Below, piece after piece: positions 29,626 to 39,183 of a stretch of DNA of 50,737 nucleotides; the stretch's first letter is position 1, and each line of letters opens with the position of its first letter. The stretch comes from Erysipelotrichaceae bacterium (GTDB taxonomy: Bacteria > Bacillota_I > Bacilli_A > RF39 > UBA660): contig JALEZJ010000103.1 in the NCBI GenBank assembly GCA_022772985.1, positions 1-50,737 on the forward strand. The letters are read 5' to 3'. The position numbers and the translations under genes were made by a program. The notes under the pieces are model-generated. The model was not told where the DNA came from. It was given only the letters and a program-made list of their open reading frames with translations, and did not search any database.

Positions 29626-29904
29626 TTATAATCTCCACATTAGAAATGCAATTGCAATAGCACCTAGTACGATAATTAGGGCTAAGGTAAAGATTGGAGC
29701 GAAACCTTCACTTTTTACACCAATATCTGATGTAAAAGTTCCTTTTCCTTTGGCACCTTTTTTCATATATTTGTTATTTGTATCTGGTCTTTGTAATTTA
29801 TAGTTTGGTTTTAGATTGACCTTTTCATTACTATCTGATGTTATAATTAGTTCTGATTTATTTCCTTTCTCATCTACAAAATCTTGGGTAACACTATTTT
29901 TCAT
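29626..29904 (-). CDS. Small C-terminally anchored membrane protein
   Basis: Hydrophilic N-terminus then GFAPIFTLALIIVLGAIAIAFLMWRL. Overlaps the dnaI end; AGGAGG RBS. Confidence 0.75.
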   Translation of the reverse strand: MKNSVTQDFVDEKGNKSELIITSDSNEKVNLKPNYKLQRPDTNNKYMKKGAKGKGTFTSDIGVKSEGFAPIFTLALIIVLGAIAIAFLMWRL

Positions 29905-30838
29905 TCTTTTTTCCTCCTACTCTTTTATTTTCACTTATTAAAGTCATTTCAATGGTTAGTTGGTTTATTCTTTCAATGATCCGTTTAGCTTTTACTTTTT
30001 CAATTCCTTTGGTAGAAATACTAAAATGTTCTTCTAGATCTTTGATGGTTAGGTTTGATGTAAAGAATGTTGTTAGGCCTTCTTGCATTCGATATTGAAG
30101 TATGGTTCCTAGAACTTCATCTCTACTCCACTCTGTCATTGTTTCTGCTCCAATATCATCTATTAATAATACTTCTGCTTTTTTTATTCTTTTAAATTTT
30201 TCATTATAGGTTTCTGGATCACTAAAGGATTCTTTTAAGCTTCTTAAAAATTCTGGATAATAAATGATGGCTATTTTATGATCTTTTTTGGCTAATTCAT
30301 TTAAGGCTGCAGAGATTAAGTAAGTTTTTCCACATCCAAAATTTCCTGTTAAATATAATCCTTTCATTCCAATTCCTGGTCTATAGTCATCTAAAAACTT
30401 TTTTAGCCATTTGATAATTTGGAAGCGATCAGGATCATCTAAGTCAATATTTTTCATACTTGCTTCTTTGATTTCTTTTGGTACTTCAAATAGATAAATA
30501 TTGCTTTTATATTTGTTTCGTTCATCTAATTCTTTTTTATATTTACAAGGGACATAATCAAAGACTAGATTGCCGTTTAATACTTCTGGATAAAATACAT
30601 ATCCTTTATAAGATGTTTTACATTCTAAAATATTTTTACATTTTTTACATTGTGCTAATTCTTTGGCAGATTCTTCTAGTGATGTTGTATATTTCATGAG
30701 ATAAGTTTTTGGAAGATTTAAAGATGTTACTAATTTTTTAAAGGTAGCATTTTTTTCTAATACAAGGTTATAGTCAGTCTCTAGTTTGGATGGATTATAG
30801 GCATAGTTTTCTTTTATGATATTACTGATACTTTTCAT
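29894..30838 (-). CDS. dnaI: Primosomal helicase loader DnaI
   Basis: N-terminal Cys cluster, GLYLTGNFGCGKTY, LLIDDIGAE, WSRDEVLG.ILQYRM and TFFTSN. Confidence 0.95.
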   Translation of the reverse strand: MKSISNIIKENYAYNPSKLETDYNLVLEKNATFKKLVTSLNLPKTYLMKYTTSLEESAKELAQCKKCKNILECKTSYKGYVFYPEVLNGNLVFDYVPCKYKKELDERNKYKSNIYLFEVPKEIKEASMKNIDLDDPDRFQIIKWLKKFLDDYRPGIGMKGLYLTGNFGCGKTYLISAALNELAKKDHKIAIIYYPEFLRSLKESFSDPETYNEKFKRIKKAEVLLIDDIGAETMTEWSRDEVLGTILQYRMQEGLTTFFTSNLTIKDLEEHFSISTKGIEKVKAKRIIERINQLTIEMTLISENKRVGGKKNEK

Positions 30839-30848
30839 CTTTTCCTCC

Positions 30849-32150
30849 TTATCGATATTCTTTTAGTAAGTCTTGCATCGCTTCTTGTTCTTCTTGAGAT
30901 GCTTGTTGTTTTTCTATTTTTTTATCGAACCAATCTGGGATTTTTTCTTCTTTTACTATCTTTTGTTTCGTTGTAGGAGTGCTGTTATTTTTTCGATATT
31001 TTTTATGTTCTTTTTCAGCTACTCGCATGGCTTCATCTACTGTTTCAATATTTAATCTCATCCATTGTCCTGCGATGGTTTCAGCTAAGTTTCTAGTTAA
31101 TTTGTTATTATTGGTTTTTAAGATATAATCAATTAAAACATTTACAACTCCTGGTTTTAGTCCATAGCTGATGATTAGGTCTTCTGCTAATTTTAAATCT
31201 CTAGTTGTTGGTTCTGAACCATTGTTTTTGCTTTTTAATAATTCATATGGACTGATAGTTTCAAAAGTATAGATCATTTTAGCTCTTTTGGAAGTATCTC
31301 CTACTGGTTCTTTTAGATATTCTGGTTGATTATTATAAACAACACTAGGAAGAAGTCCATGATTATCAAATTGATAAAAATTACGGCAAGTTTTTCTTAA
31401 TTCTTCTTTATTAATGGTACCTCGTTCTGTTATACAAATAGGAATAATATCTTGCATTTTAATTACATCTAGTTGGTAGAGAAAAGATAGTTGTAAAATT
31501 AGTTCTTTGATTTCTTTTGTAAAAATTTTATTTTTATCTAGACTACTCGGAAGGGAATCTGCTAAGAAAGCAAAATCAAAATTAGTATCAATATTTAATT
31601 TTTGAATATTTTTCTTTCTAATATCTTCATTCAATACTTCATAGGAAGTTAATGGGACTGAGGTAAATACTTCTGAAAAAGAGACTGTAATATCTTGATA
31701 ACTAGAGGTATTAATTCTAGGAGTTTTGAAATAATTTTTTAATTTATCATATTCTTTTTTTCCTAAGTTATTATATAAAACAACATTTAGAATAGGATGA
31801 TTAAAGAAATCACTTGCTTTGATTGGAGAATACAACTGATAAATATAGTTATTGATATTTTCTTCTTTAAAGAAGGTCTTTAAAAGGCCAATTGCTTCTA
31901 ATTTTTGTCTTGCTTCTAGGATTTCGGTTAACGATATTTGCATGTTTGTTACTAGATGGTGATGGGTATATTCTGTACTCATTAATTCCATTTTATCTAA
32001 GTCTGACCATAAAGAAAAATATAGCATAATGGAAAGAGGTCCGATGATTGGTTGGTATAACATGGTTAATATGTTTCTGTCTTCTGCTGTAATAATACTT
32101 TTATTTACAACAATATAAGTGTCCGCTGGGGAGATATTTAATTCTTTCAT
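30849..32150 (-). CDS. dnaB: Replication initiation/membrane attachment protein DnaB (Bacillus type)
   Basis: LYQPIIG, KLEAIGLLKT, GVVNVLIDY, IAGQW and IPDWF; directly upstream of dnaI. Confidence 0.92.
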   Translation of the reverse strand: MKELNISPADTYIVVNKSIITAEDRNILTMLYQPIIGPLSIMLYFSLWSDLDKMELMSTEYTHHHLVTNMQISLTEILEARQKLEAIGLLKTFFKEENINNYIYQLYSPIKASDFFNHPILNVVLYNNLGKKEYDKLKNYFKTPRINTSSYQDITVSFSEVFTSVPLTSYEVLNEDIRKKNIQKLNIDTNFDFAFLADSLPSSLDKNKIFTKEIKELILQLSFLYQLDVIKMQDIIPICITERGTINKEELRKTCRNFYQFDNHGLLPSVVYNNQPEYLKEPVGDTSKRAKMIYTFETISPYELLKSKNNGSEPTTRDLKLAEDLIISYGLKPGVVNVLIDYILKTNNNKLTRNLAETIAGQWMRLNIETVDEAMRVAEKEHKKYRKNNSTPTTKQKIVKEEKIPDWFDKKIEKQQASQEEQEAMQDLLKEYR

Positions 32151-32228
32151 ACAACCACTGTCCTCTTAAATACATTTTATAATAAATAAGGGGAAAAGTA
32201 AAGGGAAATTGATGGGTTTTAAAATAGT

Positions 32229-32253
32229 AAAAAAAGGAACGTTTTAGGTTCCT
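32229..32253 (-). terminator. Terminator after the paralogous membrane-protein pair
   Basis: Minus strand AGGAAC-CTAAAAC-GTTCCT-TTTTTT. Confidence 0.65.
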
Positions 32254-32299
32254 AGAGTCGTTTAAAATACTTATTTTTTTCTTTTCTTTTTAGAGATAA

Positions 32300-33991
32300 T
32301 TATTTTTTAGATATCGTGTTTTCTTTTATTTTTCTTTTTACTTTGTTTAGTTCTTGGTTGTTTGAGGCTGGTAAATATTTTAATTCTTCTAATAGATTGT
32401 TTTGAAGAATTTCATGATTATTTTCTATTAAAGAAAGTGTTTGATTTAGTTCATATAATTCTTTTTCTAATTCTATTTGTTCTTCTTTTTGTTTTTGAAG
32501 TGATTCTATTGCTGTTTTTATACATCTAAGACGAATTTGGAATCTGTTGTTTAATAAAAATATTTCTAGACTTAATGCTCCCACCTCACTTATTGCTAAT
32601 AGGATTCCATATAATAAGTTATTTTGTTTTTGATAAATATTATCTAAATCATAATGAATTTCTGTAATTATGTATTGTGGTTCTTGATATACGTCTTCTA
32701 TATGTATATAGTCAGATTTTTCTTCTGTTACAGAGGGAGTATAGTCTTCTAAATTGATAGAAGCATAATCTCTTATATCTTCATAATTTAGAGAACTAAG
32801 ATCATAAGTTAATACTTCTTGATAGTAATCGTGAGATAATAATCCGTTTTCTTCTGTTTCTTTATCGTACCAAGGATTATATTGTTTTAGTATTCTACTA
32901 TCTGTTAATGTTAATATCCTTTTTAACCATATTTCCTTTTGTTCTTTCTTTACTTCGTCTTTATTTATATCATAAGTTGTTTTATGTTCGGAAACATAAT
33001 TTATAGTAGATACTTTTTTTGAAATAGCGTTTGCACCTATCATAGTTGTAATTACTAGAGCTAGTTGACCTATTATTAATGTTATATGTCTTATTAGATG
33101 ATTTTGGATTCTTTTTTTATTTATGCTTACTTCTTCTAGTTCTTTTTCTAAATTATTTTTTCTTATCTTTTTGTCTTTTATTTCCTTTTGTTGTTGTTCT
33201 AGATCTTGAACTTGGATTACTAATTTTTTTTCTAAAGTAGATAAATCTTTTTTATGATTATGAAATTTTAATAAATTTAATAATTCATCATCTAAAAAAT
33301 TATTATCGAGTCCTTTTGTTTTTAATTCATTATAACGTATTTTTATTTTTTCATTTTCATTTTTGGATAAATCTAGTGATTGGATTTCTTCTAATAAGTA
33401 TTTTTCTACATTAATTGTATTTAGATCACTTTTTTTGACTTCCTCTAATAATATACTTTTTCTTTTATAAATTAATTCTAGTTTTATTACTTGATATGTT
33501 AACTTATAAATCTGGTTTGCTAAGTATTCTTTTGATTTATCAATATTTTTTATAGAAAATAACAAACTTATCATTAATTCAATTGTAATAGTTAAGTTTT
33601 CTTCTGTTACGTCTTTTATTCTATTTTTTATTGTTTTCATATTATTATCTATTTCATGATAAAAGCCATCTTTTTTGATAGCATTATTATATTCTTCTTG
33701 GATTAGATTTTTTACTTTATCAAGTTTTGTAATCGCATTTCTATAGCACCATTCTATTCTTCCATCTTTTAATAAGTTATTGGTTAATTCTTCAGCACTT
33801 AAATTTTGATAAGATTCATCAATAGACTGCATCAGTTCTTGTTCTATTTTTGTTAGAATTAATTCTATTTTAGAGGTATCATTTCCTAGTTCTTGAATTA
33901 GTTTTAAATATTTTTTTATTTCTAATTTCTCTTTTAAATAGATTAATTTTTGTTCTTCTGTGATAGTCATTATCATCATCCTATTCTTCAT
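32300..33991 (-). CDS. Hypothetical coiled-coil protein with two TM helices (paralogue B)
   Basis: TMs ITLIIGQLALVITTMIGA and LLYGILLAISEVGALSLEIFLL; collinear similarity to 33981-35615. Confidence 0.82.
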   Translation of the reverse strand: MKNRMMIMTITEEQKLIYLKEKLEIKKYLKLIQELGNDTSKIELILTKIEQELMQSIDESYQNLSAEELTNNLLKDGRIEWCYRNAITKLDKVKNLIQEEYNNAIKKDGFYHEIDNNMKTIKNRIKDVTEENLTITIELMISLLFSIKNIDKSKEYLANQIYKLTYQVIKLELIYKRKSILLEEVKKSDLNTINVEKYLLEEIQSLDLSKNENEKIKIRYNELKTKGLDNNFLDDELLNLLKFHNHKKDLSTLEKKLVIQVQDLEQQQKEIKDKKIRKNNLEKELEEVSINKKRIQNHLIRHITLIIGQLALVITTMIGANAISKKVSTINYVSEHKTTYDINKDEVKKEQKEIWLKRILTLTDSRILKQYNPWYDKETEENGLLSHDYYQEVLTYDLSSLNYEDIRDYASINLEDYTPSVTEEKSDYIHIEDVYQEPQYIITEIHYDLDNIYQKQNNLLYGILLAISEVGALSLEIFLLNNRFQIRLRCIKTAIESLQKQKEEQIELEKELYELNQTLSLIENNHEILQNNLLEELKYLPASNNQELNKVKRKIKENTISKK

Positions 33992-35615
33992 CTTCGTCGT
34001 TTTCTTGATTATTTTTTAATTTTTTCATTCGTTTTTTTATTGAATTATTTTCTTTTATTGCTACTGGAAGTTCGTTATATTCTTTTAGAATATTTTCTTT
34101 TAATTCTTGATATTGGATTAATAAATCTTCTAAATTTTTACTTTGTTCTAATAATTGTTGTTTTGCTTGTTTCAGTTCTTGTTTTGTTTGTTTTGTTTCT
34201 TTTTTTAAAGATGAAAAACTTTTTTTTATGACAGTAATTAATATTAATAAATCTAATATACTTAAAATAATCGCTTCTATTGTGAGACTTATGAGTAATT
34301 TTTTTTGACTTGGTTCTTCATGAGTATTTTCTAAATCTTGGACGACTTTTTTTATTTCATAAATATTTCCTATATATAAGTCTTCTTCTGCTACTTGTTC
34401 TTTTTCGTCTATCTCACTTGATATCGTAATTTCTTGATCTAATAATTCTTTGTTTAGATAATCCATGATATTGTCATACTCTATATTAGTAGCATCATAG
34501 GTATAAATTTCTCTTGTATATGTATCTCTGAAATAGCCTGGTTCTATCCATGGTAAATATTCTGTAATGATAGTTTTATTTGGTGTTTCTCCTAAATAGG
34601 AAGTTTCTTTTTCTATTTTTCCTGTTTGGGAATTATATGTTTCAGTGGTCGTTTGATAAGTTTTATCTACTGCAAGTGATTCTGTTAATTTATACAATCC
34701 TAGTGCTGATGCTGATACAGAAATGAAATTTCCTAATAAGAATAGACTTTTCTTTAATTTCTTTCTTTTGTAATATTTTCTTTGATCTAATAGTTCTTGC
34801 ATTTTTTTGGAAATATTTTCATTTTCTTTTTGAACACTTTTAATTTTAGTATCCTTTATTTCTACAATTGTACATTTATCTAAAAATGTTTCTTTTTTCT
34901 TATCAAATAGTTCTTCATTATTAATAAGAGATAATAACTTTAAAAATTCCGTTTCTAAAAATAGTGAATTATCAAGGCCTTTCTTTTTAATTTCTAAATA
35001 TTTTTGATGAAGTTCTTTATATATATTTGAATTTAGATCAATTGATTTTAGATCTTTTTCTATGTAACTACAGATATATGAACTACTAATGGAATTTTCT
35101 TTCATATAAGTTAATAATTCTTCTTTGGTGCTATAAAGGGATTCTAGTTTTAAAATTTGATAGGCTACATAATAGACTTTTTCTACTATATTTTCTTCTA
35201 GTTCATAATCTACTTGACTTGTTTCATTTATCTGTTTTATTAGTGTTTTAGCTTCTTTTATATAATTTGTTATGTTTTCTTCTGTTGCTTCTGTTAATTT
35301 TTCTTCTAGGGCTATACTTGCATAATATATCTTATAATATAAGTTATATTCTTGCTTTAAAAATTGGATTTCTCTGTTTAGTTTTTTTATGGCTTTTTCG
35401 TGAGTTTGAATCAATGTATCACTTAAAAAGGTATTTGTTTCTAAATTTTCAAATAAGTTATAATTATTCTTATTGGCTAAATCTACTATTTTTTCAATAG
35501 CTTCTACTTCTTTTTCTATTTTACTAGTATTAAAATCTATTTCTTTTATTTTTTTTATTAATGATTTGATTTCTTTTAGTTTAGATTGATATTCTATTGA
35601 TTTATCTTGATTCAT
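33981..35615 (-). CDS. Hypothetical coiled-coil protein with two TM helices (paralogue A)
   Basis: TMs LFLLGNFISVSASALGLY and LLISLTIEAIILSILDLLILITVI; AAGGAG RBS. Confidence 0.82.
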   Translation of the reverse strand: MNQDKSIEYQSKLKEIKSLIKKIKEIDFNTSKIEKEVEAIEKIVDLANKNNYNLFENLETNTFLSDTLIQTHEKAIKKLNREIQFLKQEYNLYYKIYYASIALEEKLTEATEENITNYIKEAKTLIKQINETSQVDYELEENIVEKVYYVAYQILKLESLYSTKEELLTYMKENSISSSYICSYIEKDLKSIDLNSNIYKELHQKYLEIKKKGLDNSLFLETEFLKLLSLINNEELFDKKKETFLDKCTIVEIKDTKIKSVQKENENISKKMQELLDQRKYYKRKKLKKSLFLLGNFISVSASALGLYKLTESLAVDKTYQTTTETYNSQTGKIEKETSYLGETPNKTIITEYLPWIEPGYFRDTYTREIYTYDATNIEYDNIMDYLNKELLDQEITISSEIDEKEQVAEEDLYIGNIYEIKKVVQDLENTHEEPSQKKLLISLTIEAIILSILDLLILITVIKKSFSSLKKETKQTKQELKQAKQQLLEQSKNLEDLLIQYQELKENILKEYNELPVAIKENNSIKKRMKKLKNNQENDEDEE

Positions 35616-35838
35616 TGTAATTCTCCTTTAGTTATTTATTATAAACTGAATGACTTTTTTCTTATTTTTATTTTTTATATTCTTTTTTCAATATTTACTT
35701 TTTTTCTTTTGTAATTTTGATATTAATTCAGCTAATATTATCAAATTTCTTAATATTACTGGTTAAAAAGATTTTTTATTTTCTTTCAGTCTTTCTTACA
35801 ATATACTATAATTTTTTATAAATTTTTTTGTGATTTTT

Positions 35839-35867
35839 ATTATAGTAACCATTTCTTTTTTTGTCAA
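35839..35867 (-). promoter_or_regulatory. Consensus sigmaA promoter upstream of the paralogue pair
   Basis: Perfect TTGACA-17 bp-TATAAT, about 220 nt before the ATG. Confidence 0.7.
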
Positions 35868-35963
35868 TGGAATTGGAGTTTCTTTTATTTTCATTATGAT
35901 ACAAAAAAAGGAAAATTTTATTTTTCAGTATTTTAATAAAAAAAATAAGATAGTTATTAGATT

Positions 35964-37709
35964 CTATCTTATTTTAATATGTAATTCTCTTAATTGTTGT
36001 TCTGTTAATTCAGAAGGGGATCCCATTAAATTATCAATACCACTGGCACTTGTTGGAAATGCTTGAACTTCTCTTAAGTTATCTACATCGTTTAATAGCA
36101 TTACCATTCGATCAATTCCAGGTGCCATTCCTCCATGAGGGGGAGCTCCATATTGGAAGGCATTATATAATGATTTGAATCTTTCTTTTACAACTTCTTT
36201 ATTGTATCCTACTTTTTCGAAGGCTAACTCTAAGCATTCTAAATCGTAATTTCTTAAAGCACCACTAGACATTTCATAGCCATTGCAGACGAAGTCATAT
36301 TGATAGGCTAAGATGTTATCTAAAATTTCTGTTTCAATAGCTTGTTTTCCACCTTTTGGCATGCTAAATGGGTTATGACAGAAATCATATTTTTTCTCTT
36401 CTTCATTATATTCAAACATTGGAAAATCATTAATAATACAAAATTCAAATTTATTTTTATCAATTAGATTACATTTGTTTCCTAAATAAGTTCTTATTTG
36501 TCCTGCGTATTTGGTAGCTAGTTTTTCTTTTTTATTAGCAATAAAGAATAAGACACTATTTGTTTTCAAGTTTGTTTCTTTAATTAGGTTTTCTCTTTCT
36601 TCTTTTGTCGAGAATTTGTCAATTGGTCCTTTTAGGGATCCATCTTCTATTAATGTTACATATCCAATTCCTGGCATTCCAATACTTGTTGCATAATCAA
36701 CTATTTCATTAAACCAACTATTTGAATTTGTTCCTATATCATCTACTTTAATGGCTCTAATAGTTGCTTTTTGAAATGGTTTAAATGTGGTTTCTTCAAA
36801 AAGTTTTGTAATATCCATAATTTCTAATGGATTTCTTAAATCAGGTTTATCTGTTCCATATTTTAGCATTGCTTCTTTATAGCAAATTCTTTTGAATGGT
36901 TTAGGAGATACTTCTTTCTCTGAAAAATGTGTAAAGATGTCATAGAAGATTTCTTCTCCTACTCTATAGATGTCTTCTTCTTCTACGAAAGCCATTTCAA
37001 AATCTAATTGATAGAATTCCATAGTTCTATCTGCTCTTGAATCTTCATCTCTAAAACATGGAGCAATTTGATAGTATTTATCTACTCCACCTACCATTAA
37101 AAGTTCTTTATAAATTTGTGGGGCTTGAGGTAGGGCATAAAATTTACCTGGATATTTTCTAGATGGAATTACAAAATCTCTAGCACCTTCTGGGGATGAA
37201 GCCGTAATGATTGGAGTTTGGACTTCTAAGAATCCTAAACTATCCATTTTGTTTCTAATAAATTTTAACAGTTCTGCTCTTTTTTGAATATTATTTCTAA
37301 CACGCTTATTTCTTAAATCTAGGTAACGATACTTTAGTCTAAGTTCTTCTGATACTAAATTAGATGTTTTAATTTCAAATGGTAAGACATTTACAGATTT
37401 ACTTAATACTTCTATTTTATTTACTAATAGTTCTATAGTTCCTGTTTTTAAGTTTGGATTATAATCTTCTTTGTCTCTTTTTCTGACAGTTCCGGTTACT
37501 GTTACAGTGGACTCTTTAGTAAGTCCTTGAAACATTCCGTCATCATTACTTACTAATTGGATGGTTCCTGTTTCATCTCTTAAATCTAAGAAAATAATTC
37601 CACCGTGATCACGGATATTTTCTATCCAACCTGATAAAGTTAAATTTTTATCTATATCTTTTTCTGTAATAGTACCACAGTAACTATTTCTATATTTGTT
37701 TGTTTGCAT
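35964..37709 (-). CDS. aspS: Aspartyl-tRNA synthetase, probably non-discriminating
   Basis: RDHGG, LKYRYLDLR, PEGARDF, YQIAPCFRDED and GAPPHGG. Operonic with gatCAB. Confidence 0.97.
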   Translation of the reverse strand: MQTNKYRNSYCGTITEKDIDKNLTLSGWIENIRDHGGIIFLDLRDETGTIQLVSNDDGMFQGLTKESTVTVTGTVRKRDKEDYNPNLKTGTIELLVNKIEVLSKSVNVLPFEIKTSNLVSEELRLKYRYLDLRNKRVRNNIQKRAELLKFIRNKMDSLGFLEVQTPIITASSPEGARDFVIPSRKYPGKFYALPQAPQIYKELLMVGGVDKYYQIAPCFRDEDSRADRTMEFYQLDFEMAFVEEEDIYRVGEEIFYDIFTHFSEKEVSPKPFKRICYKEAMLKYGTDKPDLRNPLEIMDITKLFEETTFKPFQKATIRAIKVDDIGTNSNSWFNEIVDYATSIGMPGIGYVTLIEDGSLKGPIDKFSTKEERENLIKETNLKTNSVLFFIANKKEKLATKYAGQIRTYLGNKCNLIDKNKFEFCIINDFPMFEYNEEEKKYDFCHNPFSMPKGGKQAIETEILDNILAYQYDFVCNGYEMSSGALRNYDLECLELAFEKVGYNKEVVKERFKSLYNAFQYGAPPHGGMAPGIDRMVMLLNDVDNLREVQAFPTSASGIDNLMGSPSELTEQQLRELHIKIR

Positions 37710-37725
37710 GTGGATTCCTCCTTTT

Positions 37726-39183
37726 TTAGTTTTTTTCTAATTCTTGTTTTAATATTTTAGCAGTAAGTGCTGGATTTGCTTTTCCTCTTGTTTTTTTCAT
37801 GACTTGTCCAACAAAATAATCAAATAGTTTTGGGTTTTTCTTGTATGCTTCTAATTGAGGCTGATTTTCAGAGATTACTTCATCAATAATACTAGTTAGT
37901 TCTTTTTCGTCTGTAATTTGCGTAATTCCTAGTTCACTTACTAGTTTGACTGGGTCTTTTTCTTCTTCAAGGGCTTTCGTTAATACTTCTTTAGCTTGTT
38001 TGATTGAAATTTTATTTCCTTCTACTAAATCAATTAGTCCTTTTAACATTTTAGGAGTTAAGAATAACTCTTTGATACTAAGTTCCATTTTATTGATATG
38101 TCCTAAGATGATGCTGTTTAACCAATTTGCGACACTTTGTGGATTAGCTCCTAGAGAAATAGTTTCTTCAAAGTAGTCGGCTAATGGTTTTTCTTTTACT
38201 AATATTTTGGCATCTCTTGGAGTGATGTTATAGTCGTTTATATATTTTTCTTTTCTTTCACTAGCTAGTGGTGGAATAGATGATTTTATTTCTTCTAGCC
38301 AACTTTTATCTAATTTAAATTTTGGAATGTTTGGTTCTACAAAATATTTATAATCAATGGCATCTACTTTACTTCTCATATAAATGGTTGTTCCTGATTC
38401 TTCATCAAAGCGTCTTGTTTGTTGTTCCATTTTCTCATAGGTTCCATCTTCTTTTGCTTCTATTTGGCGATTTATTTCATAATTAATGGCATCTCTGACT
38501 CCACCAAAAGAGTTTACATTTTTAATTTCTACTTTTGTTCCCCAGTTTTTAGGGTCAGCTGCATCTAAGCCTTCTTCCATAATAGAAACATTGACATCAC
38601 ATCTAATTTGGCCTTTTTTAGAATCCGCTTCTGAAATACCGGCATATTGATAGATAGAACGCATAGTTTCTAGAAAAGCTACTGCTTCATCGGCACTATG
38701 AAAGTCTGGCTCTGTTACTAATTCTAGTAGTGGTACGCCTGCGCGATTATAGTTGATGGTAGTAGTATCTTCATGATGCGTAGAAGAAGCTGCATCTTCT
38801 TCTAGGTGAATATTGTTTACTCTAACTGTTTTTATTTCATCATTGCATTCATAAGATAGTTTTCCATAAATTCCAACTGGAGTAGGTTTTGTTTCTTGAG
38901 TAATTTGAAAGCCTTTTGGTAAGTCTGGATAATAGTAATTTTTTCTTTCAAAATAGATATATTCTGGTTGCTTGCAATTTAAGATAAGACTTGCCATTAA
39001 AGCTTTTCTTACAGCTTCCTTATTTACTACTGGAAGAGTTCCTGGAAAAGCCATGTCTACTGGTCTTATATTACTATTTGGAATGTCGTTATATGAATTT
39101 TCAGCTGTTGAAAAAACTTTTGTTTTTGTTTCACTTATTTCACAGTGCATTTCTAGGCCAATTAATGCTTTATATTTAGTCAT
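37726..39183 (-). CDS. gatB: Asp/Glu-tRNA amidotransferase subunit B
   Basis: IGLEMH, RKNYYYPDLPKGFQITQ, HLEEDA, NRAGVPLLE, RCDVNVS and GQVMKKTRGKANP. Confidence 0.98.
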   Translation of the reverse strand: MTKYKALIGLEMHCEISETKTKVFSTAENSYNDIPNSNIRPVDMAFPGTLPVVNKEAVRKALMASLILNCKQPEYIYFERKNYYYPDLPKGFQITQETKPTPVGIYGKLSYECNDEIKTVRVNNIHLEEDAASSTHHEDTTTINYNRAGVPLLELVTEPDFHSADEAVAFLETMRSIYQYAGISEADSKKGQIRCDVNVSIMEEGLDAADPKNWGTKVEIKNVNSFGGVRDAINYEINRQIEAKEDGTYEKMEQQTRRFDEESGTTIYMRSKVDAIDYKYFVEPNIPKFKLDKSWLEEIKSSIPPLASERKEKYINDYNITPRDAKILVKEKPLADYFEETISLGANPQSVANWLNSIILGHINKMELSIKELFLTPKMLKGLIDLVEGNKISIKQAKEVLTKALEEEKDPVKLVSELGITQITDEKELTSIIDEVISENQPQLEAYKKNPKLFDYFVGQVMKKTRGKANPALTAKILKQELEKN

